DNA of 61,775 bases, counting the filler. It is 3 parts of 3 records of this genome, joined end to end, with 100 filler letters (N's around TTAATTAATTAA, not from the genome) between each part and the next. Parts side by side here need not be neighbours in the genome. Positions count along the whole stretch, not along the records: positions 1 to 30,558 come from SRR22947727_1650; positions 30,659 to 51,533 come from SRR22947727_1655; 1 more part is not named here. One strand, 5' to 3'. The position numbers and the translations under genes are program-made. Shown piece by piece: positions 28,801-38,763 of the stretch. Position 1 is the first letter of the stretch. The number at the start of each line of letters is the position of its first letter. The notes beneath the pieces were generated by a model, which was not told where the DNA came from, searched no databases, and saw only the letters and a list, made by a program, of their open reading frames with translations.

Positions 28801-29351
28801 TGGGCCGTGAAGCAACTCAGAACGATCTTTATAGTCATCTGATGTATCCGCAGGTGTTTGCTGATTTTCAGCAATTCCTCGAAACCTACGATCGCCTCAC
28901 CGGATTGCCGACCCCGGCGTTCTTTTACGGATTGCGACTCGGTGAAGAAATTTCGATTGAGATTGCTCCCGGAAAAGTCCTTTTCGTGAAGTTGATTTCT
29001 ATCGGTGACGTCGACGAAGTCGGAGAACGGAATATCTTCTTTGAACTGAACGGAATGCCTCGTGAGACTATGGTGCTCGATAAAAAACTGGCTCCGAAAG
29101 ATCTCAAAACTAGAGCCAAGGGTGATCAAAATGATCCGAACCACGCCGTTGCGCCGATGCCGGGAATGGTTACGGATGTCAACGTTGAAGTTGGCACGAA
29201 AGTCGAAGAAGGAGACCCTATCGTCACGCTTGAAGCGATGAAAATGCTCACGACGATTTCTGCCGGGCAAGCTGGAACCGTTACTGAAATTCACGCCGCC
29301 AAAGGTGAGACCGTGGAATCTGGAGATTTGCTTGCGAAGATCGAAGCGTAA
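25884..29351 (+). CDS. pyc: Pyruvate carboxylase
   Basis: Biotin carboxylase (NRGEIA, GGGGRGMR, ERDCSIQRRHQK), carboxyltransferase (DTTMRDAHQS, EMWGGATFD, HFHTHD), biotin site EAMKM. Confidence 0.97.
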   Translation: MENASDSPTKLMVVNRGEIAIRIFRAATELGLRTVAIYADEDRFSRHRFKADEAYLLRKEKGPVGAYLDIEGIVQLAVDKGVTLIHPGYGFLSENAEFAKACGDAGINFIGPDYEMLGSMGDKVSARALAKKVGVPVLPGTEEPVENRAVALKTAKEIGFPLIIKAAFGGGGRGMRVVNKEEDLDSSVTEAQNEAENAFGNASVFMERFVGRAKHIEVQILGDRHGNMVHLHERDCSIQRRHQKVVELAPSVDLDETVRKELCDAAVKIAKAIDYSNAGTVEFLYDMDSNEWFFIEMNPRIQVEHTVTEMITGVDLVRSQILIAQGHELHVKEVAIPAQDAIPRNGFAVQARITTEDPENNFAPDYGRIMNYRSAAGLGIRLDAGAGDAGSIITPYYDSMLVKLTAFGPTFEIALQRMDRALREFRIRGVKTNIPFIENVIADPTFRSGKATTRLIDTNADLFKFTPRRDRATKILNYLSDITVNGNSTAKGYKPKAIITPARLPKNEPKAKKPDGSRDKLLALGPEKFAEWIRDEKRLLVTDTTMRDAHQSLIATRMRTKDMLEIASIIAQRTPELFSLEMWGGATFDSAMRFLSECPWERLAELRQRVPNICFQMLFRGSNAVGYSNYPDNVVAGFVKHAADSGMDIFRIFDSLNYLPNMKVAMEAARDHGKVVCEAAICYTGNITDPKRDKYSLKYYVEKAKELEKMGAHILCIKDMAGLVRPKAATKLVSALRDEIGIPIHFHTHDSSGINAASVLTASDAGVDIVDLAISSMSGSTSQPNMNSVVAALDGHERDTGLDGDALQEYADYWEQVLGFYTPFDTSPRSGTAEVYTHEMPGGQFTNLKEQANGMGLGHRWPEIAKCYAEVNDLFGDIIKVTPSSKVVGDMAMFLITRGIAPADVPALEPGSVDFPESVIDMLWGGLGQPDGGWPVDVQKVVLGNKEPTTKRPGELADPVDLEATRVELSKTLGREATQNDLYSHLMYPQVFADFQQFLETYDRLTGLPTPAFFYGLRLGEEISIEIAPGKVLFVKLISIGDVDEVGERNIFFELNGMPRETMVLDKKLAPKDLKTRAKGDQNDPNHAVAPMPGMVTDVNVEVGTKVEEGDPIVTLEAMKMLTTISAGQAGTVTEIHAAKGETVESGDLLAKIEA

Positions 29352-29380
29352 TCTGACCCCAGATGCAGTTTACAAATTTT

Positions 29381-29415
29381 GCCCGCAAGTCGTTCTCCGG
29401 CTTGCGGGCTTTTTT
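29381..29415 (+). terminator. Intrinsic terminator of pyc
   Basis: GCCCGCAAGTCG-ttctc-CGGCTTGCGGGC hairpin followed by T6, about 30 bp after the stop. Confidence 0.85.
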
Positions 29416-29508
29416 GTGGGTGTGTGATTTTCTATCGAAAAGATCACCGTTTTCTGAATGATTCACAATTCCGCTCGTCGATTTTAGGATCTCTATTACT
29501 TTATAAAT

Positions 29509-30510
29509 ATGACCGTGCGAACCTCTCTCTTGTCTCTGTTTTCATTCACCGCGATTCCCGCCGCGTCTTTTGCCACCGGAAGTATCGCATACGAAGATGT
29601 CCGCGGGATGATTCCGAAAGAAGTTCGCGAGCACCTTGAGTTTGCATTCAAAATCAGTGAAGTGGGCGACGCAACTCGATTGGGTAAGCATTTTGGCGAT
29701 CTCGGTGGAGGTCGAATGGGGCCGTATTATTTTTCAGCAAAATCCAATGCGCGAGACGGTTCTGCCTGCACGATTGGAATCATCACCAACAGCCAAATCG
29801 TCGATGCAAATGGGCGCGACGTTGAAGAGCCGAGTGATGCTAAGGAATTGAAGGAAACGTTCGATTTTTATGAAGTCCGATTTGGAGACGGTGAAAAGCT
29901 TTCGGATCAGGGAATGCCTGACCGCGATCCAAATCCACGGCCGACAAAATTAACCGCGGCGGACAAAGAAGCGATCGTTGCTGACGTTCGGGCAGTCTAT
30001 GCCGATGTTGAAAAGACAGAATTGGAATTTGATGGCGGCCAAATGCAATCTGACGATGAGCAAAGCGGCGACATCATTCGCGGTTATGCTCGCGAGGGAG
30101 GGATTCGAAAAATTAAGTTCAATGTCGCCACCGGAGATCATGGTGGGTTCACAGTCGAGATTTTTACGGATCGCAAAAACCGTCCGTCGTTCATTCTTTG
30201 GGAAGAAAGTTATTGGAGTTTTGATCCGAACGATTCAGACAAAACAATTGATACGGTTGTTGAGCGTCGGTTCTATTTTTCGTCTCAAGGGCAACTTGCA
30301 AAAGCACTTCAGAAAAGCTACTCCGGAAGCGGCGAGCGTGATCTGGAGAAGAATCGAGACGCTGCCAATAACAGCGATTTCGAGGCTGATTCAGCGGGGG
30401 TTCCCGCTTTCTACAAAGCGCTCTCGGGTTTGGTTGAGTGCGATGACGCGAAACTGAAAAGGCTCGCGAATGAATTGAGGAATGCTCAGGATGCGATGAT
30501 CGGCCACTGA
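29509..30510 (+). CDS. Hypothetical secreted protein
   Basis: 333-aa ORF with Sec-like signal; no motif recognised. Confidence 0.7.
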   Translation: MTVRTSLLSLFSFTAIPAASFATGSIAYEDVRGMIPKEVREHLEFAFKISEVGDATRLGKHFGDLGGGRMGPYYFSAKSNARDGSACTIGIITNSQIVDANGRDVEEPSDAKELKETFDFYEVRFGDGEKLSDQGMPDRDPNPRPTKLTAADKEAIVADVRAVYADVEKTELEFDGGQMQSDDEQSGDIIRGYAREGGIRKIKFNVATGDHGGFTVEIFTDRKNRPSFILWEESYWSFDPNDSDKTIDTVVERRFYFSSQGQLAKALQKSYSGSGERDLEKNRDAANNSDFEADSAGVPAFYKALSGLVECDDAKLKRLANELRNAQDAMIGH

Positions 30511-30526
30511 GCGGGCGGCATGTCGA

Positions 30527-30558
30527 AATGAACCAACAGGGTTGATTCATCGAACGTA
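30527..30558 (+). repeat. Palindromic element copy 4, truncated by contig end
   Basis: AATGAACCAACAGGGT-TG-ATTCATCGAAC-GT-A then N spacer. Confidence 0.75.
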
Positions 30559-30658
30559 NNNNNNNNNNNNNNNNNNNNNNNNNNNNNNNNNNNNNNNNNN
30601 NNTTAATTAATTAANNNNNNNNNNNNNNNNNNNNNNNNNNNNNNNNNNNNNNNNNNNN
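30559..30658. other. Artificial contig spacer
   Basis: N44-TTAATTAATTAA-N44 (stops in six frames); gene content changes across it. Confidence 0.98.
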
Positions 30659-30659
30659 C

Positions 30660-32975
<2,316 letters not shown>

Positions 32976-33007
32976 CGCGGCGGCCTGATGCGCAAACTGC
33001 ATCGGGC

Positions 33008-34057
33008 TCAGATTGGTGCAATCAACCCCAGAAACTGGTCAATTTGAGATGTTTCAAGCGACCAGTCACAGACCAGGCGGGTAACCAGCTCTTCCTCTGC
33101 AGGGCCATGCGCAATATCGCCCGACCATACCGAAAAAACTGCGCCGCCCTGACGCGCGCGGTGCACCAAAGCCCGCGGCATATAGGCGAAAATCATATTG
33201 GCGGCGGGTTCATACTGAAACCGAACCGCGTCTAATTTACGCAGGCCCTGCGCCAGGTAGGCGCTGTTATCATTTGCTTTTTGCGCCAGGTCGCGCCAAA
33301 GATCATGCTCAAGATAGGCCTGCATTTGCGCGGCAAGAAAGCGGTTTTTTGAAAATAAATGCGCGCCGCGTTTGCGCCGCAACTCAAATTCCCAAGCGTA
33401 TTTAGGATCAAAAAAGATCACCGCCTCTACGCCCATCAAGCCGTTTTTCGTTCCACCAAACGTCAAGGCATCAATCCCGCATCGCCACGTCATTTCAGCC
33501 GCGCTGCACCCCAAGGCGGCAATCGCATTGGCAAACCGGGCCCCATCCATATGAACCGGAAGATCGTAAGCTTTGGCCACAGCGCACAGCTCTGAAAGCT
33601 CTGAAAGCGTATAAATTCTGCCTTTTTCGGTGATTTGGGTCAACGAAACGGGCCCGCGCTGCGGACCGTGGACATCCCCTTGCGCCGTTCCCAAAATAGC
33701 CTGTTCAAGCGCAGCAGGCGTCAGCTTATCATCGCTGCCGACGAGGTTTAATTTCGCCCCACCGGTGAAAAACTCGGGCGCATTGCATTCATCTTCTTGG
33801 ATATGCGCAACGGGGCTGCAATAAATTGTTGCCCAGGGTGGGCATATGCAGGCCAGGGCCAATGTATTGGCCGCGGTGCCAGTGGCGGCCAAATATACCG
33901 CCGCATCCGGGGCCTCAAACAGAGTTTGAATTCTCGAGACAACATCCAGAGTGATCGCATCAGCGCCATAAGAGGCGGCATAGCCCTGATTTGCCACGCG
34001 CAATGCCTCTAAAACGGCCTCGGGCACTGGCCCTTGATTATCTGAGCCAAAAAACAT
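33008..34057 (-). CDS. ltaE: Low-specificity L-threonine aldolase
   Basis: FGSDN, TGTAAN, HMDGARFAN, FGGTKNG PLP lysine. Confidence 0.9.
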   Translation of the reverse strand: MFFGSDNQGPVPEAVLEALRVANQGYAASYGADAITLDVVSRIQTLFEAPDAAVYLAATGTAANTLALACICPPWATIYCSPVAHIQEDECNAPEFFTGGAKLNLVGSDDKLTPAALEQAILGTAQGDVHGPQRGPVSLTQITEKGRIYTLSELSELCAVAKAYDLPVHMDGARFANAIAALGCSAAEMTWRCGIDALTFGGTKNGLMGVEAVIFFDPKYAWEFELRRKRGAHLFSKNRFLAAQMQAYLEHDLWRDLAQKANDNSAYLAQGLRKLDAVRFQYEPAANMIFAYMPRALVHRARQGGAVFSVWSGDIAHGPAEEELVTRLVCDWSLETSQIDQFLGLIAPI

Positions 34058-34534
34058 TCACGCGCGCTCCTCAAACAAATGATCTTCCCAATACTCTTCA
34101 TCCACTTCAAATTCAGGAAGGGTTTTTCCACGCACCGAAACACCGGCCGCATGCACCGTCTCGGGATCTCCGGAAATCAAAGGATGCCAATCATATAAGG
34201 GTTTGCCCTGCCATAATAACAGATAGGCACAGCTGCGCGGTAACCAATAGGCATGAGCGGCCAAGTTATCAGGGCGCAAGATGATGCATTCGGGCACAAA
34301 TTGATGGCGAATTTTATATTGTCCGCAGCCACAGCTGTCATCATCCAGCAAACGGCAGGCTACCCGCGTAAGCGCAACCTCACCGGTGTCTTCATCTTCT
34401 AATTTATTTAAGCAGCATTTTCCGCATCCATCGCAAAGCGCCTCCCATTCTGCCTGAGATAATTTGGACAGCGGTTTTTCTTCCCAAAACTTGGGGGCAA
34501 GACCGCTGCGCTTGATGCCTTCCTCTGCGCTCAT
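34058..34534 (-). CDS. YcgN family cysteine-cluster protein
   Basis: EWEALCDGCGKCCL, VACRLL, VPEC, WLPRSCAY, WHPLISG. Confidence 0.92.
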   Translation of the reverse strand: MSAEEGIKRSGLAPKFWEEKPLSKLSQAEWEALCDGCGKCCLNKLEDEDTGEVALTRVACRLLDDDSCGCGQYKIRHQFVPECIILRPDNLAAHAYWLPRSCAYLLLWQGKPLYDWHPLISGDPETVHAAGVSVRGKTLPEFEVDEEYWEDHLFEERA

Positions 34535-35469
34535 AATGCGGCCAGGGTTTTTCGCGCCTGATCACAATCGCGCTGCATTTGTTCGATCAACGCCTCCAGC
34601 CCGTCAAACTTCAATTCGGGGCGCAAGAAATCAACCAAGGCCACAGAAAGGTTCGAGCCGTAAAGATCGCCAGAAAAATCGAATATAAATGTTTCTAAAT
34701 TGGGGGTGTTTTCGCCAAACATCGGCCGTACACCCAGCGAGGCTGCCCCGTGATAGCTGCCTTGAAAAGGCCCATCCAGAACATCAACCAAAACCGCATA
34801 AACGCCAAGTTTTGGCAGATGCAGACCCTCAAGTGACATATTTGCCGTTGGATAACCAAGTTCACGCCCACGCTGTTCGCCGCCAATCACAATCCCTTCA
34901 ATCCGGTGCCAATGGCCCAGCTGGGTTGCGGCATCGCGCGGCCGCCCCTCGGCCAAGGCGCTGCGGATCGAGGTTGAAGACACTTGCCCTTCGCCAGCTT
35001 CAATCAATGGCGCAACGGTGACCCCAAAGCCCATTTCCGCACCAAAATGTTGCAAGTCTTCAACCGTTCCCGCGCGACCTTTTCCAAAACAAAAATCCGC
35101 TCCCACTACCAAATGGCTCAACCCAAGACCATCCGCAATCACGTTTTGTGCAAATTCGCGCGGCGTCAGCGAAGAGAGGCTGGTGTTAAAATTCAGCTCA
35201 TAGAGCAAGTCAACGTCAAGCTTTGCCAGGCGGGTGGCGCGCGCCTCCGAGCTCATCAGCCGGAAAGCGGGGCTTTGGGGCGCAAAATAGCTGCGTGGAT
35301 GCGGCTCAAAGGTTAAAATACCCAAAGGCGCTGATATGGTTTCAGCAGTCTGACGGGCCAAATCAATCACCGATTGATGGCCCAAATGCACCCCATCAAA
35401 ATTACCAACCGCCACGCTGGCGCCTCTGTCTTCAGGGTCAACATAAATATAATCGCGAATAATCTTCAT
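34531..35469 (-). CDS. ribF: Bifunctional riboflavin kinase/FAD synthetase
   Basis: GNFDGVHLGH, TFEPHP, VSSTSIR, GRELGYPTAN. Confidence 0.96.
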   Translation of the reverse strand: MKIIRDYIYVDPEDRGASVAVGNFDGVHLGHQSVIDLARQTAETISAPLGILTFEPHPRSYFAPQSPAFRLMSSEARATRLAKLDVDLLYELNFNTSLSSLTPREFAQNVIADGLGLSHLVVGADFCFGKGRAGTVEDLQHFGAEMGFGVTVAPLIEAGEGQVSSTSIRSALAEGRPRDAATQLGHWHRIEGIVIGGEQRGRELGYPTANMSLEGLHLPKLGVYAVLVDVLDGPFQGSYHGAASLGVRPMFGENTPNLETFIFDFSGDLYGSNLSVALVDFLRPELKFDGLEALIEQMQRDCDQARKTLAAL

Positions 35470-35517
35470 ACCCGTCAGGTAGCGTTCAAAACGATCAGAA
35501 GCAAGCCACTGCGCGCG

Positions 35518-35961
35518 CTAGTCAAACTTACGGCTTGGCGCAAGCACTGTTGCCTCGCCCACCAAGACCCGCCTGCCATCTACTTTACATTGGCAATCAA
35601 GAATCACGCGGCGCCTTGGAAGATCAATGTCTGATACAATCACTTCAGCATAAACCAAATCTCCCGGCCGTACGGGTGCCAAAAATTTCAGGCTTTGACC
35701 CAAATAAACGCTGCCATGACCGGGCAGTTGTTCGCCAATTACCGCCGAAATCAAGCCTGCGGTCAGCATCCCATGCGCAATGCGACCCTGAAAAATTGTA
35801 TCCCGTGCATAGCTTTCATCCAAATGAACAGGGTTATGATCCGTCGAGACTTGGGCAAATAAGGCGATATCTTCATCGCTTATCACCTTATGCAGGTGGC
35901 GCGACATGCCCATTTCGATATCTTCGATACAAATCGTACCCCTGGGAAAGTTATCCAACAT
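35518..35961 (-). CDS. MaoC/PhaJ-type (R)-specific enoyl-CoA hydratase
   Basis: DHNPVHLD, RIAHGML, LPGHG, FLAPVRPGD. Confidence 0.9.
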   Translation of the reverse strand: MLDNFPRGTICIEDIEMGMSRHLHKVISDEDIALFAQVSTDHNPVHLDESYARDTIFQGRIAHGMLTAGLISAVIGEQLPGHGSVYLGQSLKFLAPVRPGDLVYAEVIVSDIDLPRRRVILDCQCKVDGRRVLVGEATVLAPSRKFD

Positions 35962-36055
35962 CCGCCGCCTCATAATTACAAGGTAATATTAGACTGAAAA
36001 ATTCAGCAATTAAGTAACTTTATTACTCAATGGGGTGGATATGCAACCCTTTATA

Positions 36056-36928
36056 TCAACGCAAAAATCCTATCGTGTATTTTGCGCTTTGATTTTCGGC
36101 GTGTAAGAACTGGGCAAGGGCGGTTGGGTCAGGATCACGCTTGGTTTTTGTTTCGCGCGCCGCAAGCCCGCCTGCGATAAACAGCGCATCCAACCCTGCA
36201 TCCGAAGCGCCTTTGACATCGGTTTGCACGCCATCGCCAATCGCCAACACAGAGGCGGGGGAAATATCGGGCGCCAACGCCTTTAAGCGACGAAACGCCA
36301 AATCGTAAATCGGCGCAAATGGTTTGCCAAAATACAGGCTTTCCCCCCCAATTTGCGTATAAAGCTGCGCCAATGCGCCCGCACACCATTCGCGATGCGC
36401 GCCGCGATCCACCACAATATCCGGATTGGCGCATAAAAACTTTAAGCCTTTGGCACGCGCGATCTCAAGCTGCGGCAACATCACCTCCGGATCCGCGTTC
36501 GAATCAAAGGGCCCTGTACAAACGATGCCACTGGCCTGATCTAGCGCGACACAGGTGATCTGCACCGGGTGTTCAAGCAGTTTAAGCGGCTCAAAAAAGC
36601 CTTTATCACGCGGCTCGCCAATAAAATAAACCGCCTCGCCCACCACGCCCTGAAACATCGCGGCGCGGGCACTATCACCAGAGGTGGCGATGCTATCCCA
36701 CGCGTGGTCTGACACGCCAAATTCTTTGATTTGCTCTGCCACCGAGCTGCGCGGGCGCGGTGAATTGGTGACCAAAACAACCTTTCCGCCGCGTTTCCGA
36801 TAGGCGATCAGCGCCTCATTGGCTGCAGGATAAGCTTCAACCCCATTATGAACGCAGCCCCAAAGATCGACAAATAACGCTTCATATTGATCAGAAATAT
36901 CGCTGAGATTTTGAACGATCTGAGACAT
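36056..36928 (-). CDS. HAD-superfamily IIA hydrolase (TIGR01459-like)
   Basis: DLWGCVHNG, VTNSPR, CANPD, GKP..PIY, IGDG..TDV. Confidence 0.9.
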   Translation of the reverse strand: MSQIVQNLSDISDQYEALFVDLWGCVHNGVEAYPAANEALIAYRKRGGKVVLVTNSPRPRSSVAEQIKEFGVSDHAWDSIATSGDSARAAMFQGVVGEAVYFIGEPRDKGFFEPLKLLEHPVQITCVALDQASGIVCTGPFDSNADPEVMLPQLEIARAKGLKFLCANPDIVVDRGAHREWCAGALAQLYTQIGGESLYFGKPFAPIYDLAFRRLKALAPDISPASVLAIGDGVQTDVKGASDAGLDALFIAGGLAARETKTKRDPDPTALAQFLHAENQSAKYTIGFLR

Positions 36929-36976
36929 TTTGCGCCCTTTCATTTTAAGCGGGGCGTAAAGACGCCAGATACAATC

Positions 36977-37897
36977 TTATAAGGTTAATTGAGGAACGAT
37001 CTGTTTTTTGCGGCTCATCACACCGGGCAACACCACGCTATCCCCATCGACGCAAACGTCAAAAGACTTTTCCGCAATGGATTTAACGGCCTCATTTGGC
37101 ACCAAAAGCGTGGCCTCTTCGGCCAAGATATCGACAACAAACAACAACACCTGATCCACATTATCTTCTAGCGCCACCGGGCCCATCGCCGCCATCAAGG
37201 CCGCTTTGCGCGCCAGCACCACATGTGGTGCGGTGGTTTCCAAAACCGAGACGCGCAAGGTCTGATCGCCCACCGGGAAGGATTTGCTATCCATGCGCAG
37301 CAATTCAACATCTGAAAAAGCCGACACATCCGATTTTGCGGCAAACATTTGCGCAGAATATTCGCTTAGATTGACAGAAAGCTCCTCGGCCAAAGCCTCG
37401 GCTAAGGCCCGATCATGATCGGTGGTTGTCGGGCTGCGAAACGCCAAAGTATCAGAAAGAATGCACGACAGCATCGCGCCTTTAACAGCACGCGGCATTT
37501 TTGCAGCATCGGCGCCCATCAAATCATGCATAATCGTAGCTGTGCAGGCCAAGGGGCGAATGGTAATATCGATCGGCGCTTTGGTTTCAAGGCCACCCAC
37601 CAGTTTATGATGGTCAATCACAGCGCGAATATCGGCTTGATTGATTACATCGGGCAATTCTGCAGGGTTATTGGTATCAACGATCACCACAGGCGCCCCG
37701 GGTGCAACCTCTGAAATAATTTCAGGTTTATCAAGCTGCCAATGCTGAAGCATAAACAGCGCCTCATTATTGGGCTCTCCCAACAGGTTTGCTTGCGCAG
37801 GAATACCCTGAATCTCGCTGAGATACCAAGCCCATATGATCGGCGATCCCGTGCTATCAGTGTCGGGCGATTTATGGCCAAAAACCTGCAGAACCAT
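36977..37897 (-). CDS. ppaC: Manganese-dependent inorganic pyrophosphatase (family II)
   Basis: GHKSPDTDS, IDHHKL, ILSDTL, SRKKQIVP. Confidence 0.95.
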   Translation of the reverse strand: MVLQVFGHKSPDTDSTGSPIIWAWYLSEIQGIPAQANLLGEPNNEALFMLQHWQLDKPEIISEVAPGAPVVIVDTNNPAELPDVINQADIRAVIDHHKLVGGLETKAPIDITIRPLACTATIMHDLMGADAAKMPRAVKGAMLSCILSDTLAFRSPTTTDHDRALAEALAEELSVNLSEYSAQMFAAKSDVSAFSDVELLRMDSKSFPVGDQTLRVSVLETTAPHVVLARKAALMAAMGPVALEDNVDQVLLFVVDILAEEATLLVPNEAVKSIAEKSFDVCVDGDSVVLPGVMSRKKQIVPQLTL

Positions 37898-37980
37898 GGT
37901 GCTTTTCCTTCGCGATAGGGTCGATTCGCGCGGTTATACGCGGCTAGGCTGCGCTTGTCACCTTGCCGATCTTTGTGCGT

Positions 37981-38733
37981 TTAGCCGCGCAGAAAAACGG
38001 GTTTTTCTGGGGTGGAAAGCTGCGTTTGATAAGCATAGCCGCCCAGATCGAAATCGCGCAGGCTTTCCGGCGTGCTCAGGCGGCGGGTGATAATGAACCG
38101 CGCCATCGCACCACGGGCTTTTTTGGCATAAAAGCTTACGATTTTGGGCCCCTTATCCGTAGATTCCATAAAAACTGGCGTCACAACATCCAAATTCAGC
38201 GCCGTCTGATCCACAGCATTAAAATATTCTTGCGAGGCGCAATTCACCAAAACTGAGGCGTTGGTTTTTTCAGCCTGCGCGTTCAGCGCCAAGGAAATAC
38301 GATCGCCCCAATACTCATATAGTGATTTTCCGCGCGGCGTTTTCAGACGGCTGCCCATTTCTAAGCGGTAGGGCTCGATCGCATCCAAGGGGCGCAATAG
38401 CCCATAAAGGCCGGATAAGATCCGAAGATGCGCTTGCGCCCAGCGCAGCTCCTCTGCATCTAGGCTCATGGCTTCAAGGCCTTGATACGTGTCGCCAGCA
38501 AATGCAAACGCCGCAGCGCTGCGCGCCTGCTGGCCAAAATTGGCAAAGCGCTCTTGATTAAGCAGCGCCAGTTTTTCACTAATTCCCATCAGTTTTTGCA
38601 ATTGAGCTTGCGATAAAGCGCCGGCAACCTGTGCCAAATCTGCCGCTTGTTCGGGGAATATCGGCTGCGACTGCTCCAAATCCTCGCGCGGGGTCATATC
38701 AAGTTTTTTAGCAGGGGAAACAACGATCAACAT
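37981..38733 (-). CDS. yaaA: Peroxide stress protein YaaA
   Basis: VSPAKKL, LSGLYGLLRPLD, YRLEMG, AKKARG. Confidence 0.93.
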   Translation of the reverse strand: MLIVVSPAKKLDMTPREDLEQSQPIFPEQAADLAQVAGALSQAQLQKLMGISEKLALLNQERFANFGQQARSAAAFAFAGDTYQGLEAMSLDAEELRWAQAHLRILSGLYGLLRPLDAIEPYRLEMGSRLKTPRGKSLYEYWGDRISLALNAQAEKTNASVLVNCASQEYFNAVDQTALNLDVVTPVFMESTDKGPKIVSFYAKKARGAMARFIITRRLSTPESLRDFDLGGYAYQTQLSTPEKPVFLRG

Positions 38734-38763
38734 GGCAGGCCTCCAATTTCTCTTATTCTCTAT

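Noticed and set aside
4601-30558. 47-bp repeats as a CRISPR array
   Set aside because: Copies are kilobases apart and degenerate, with no spacer periodicity and no cas genes
30603-30614. TTAATTAATTAA as a biological motif (also 51578-51589)
   Set aside because: Centred in N44 runs; it is a six-frame stop linker. ORF-track entries that run into the Ns (30603-30872, 51586-51780 and the X tail of 51108-51581) are artefacts
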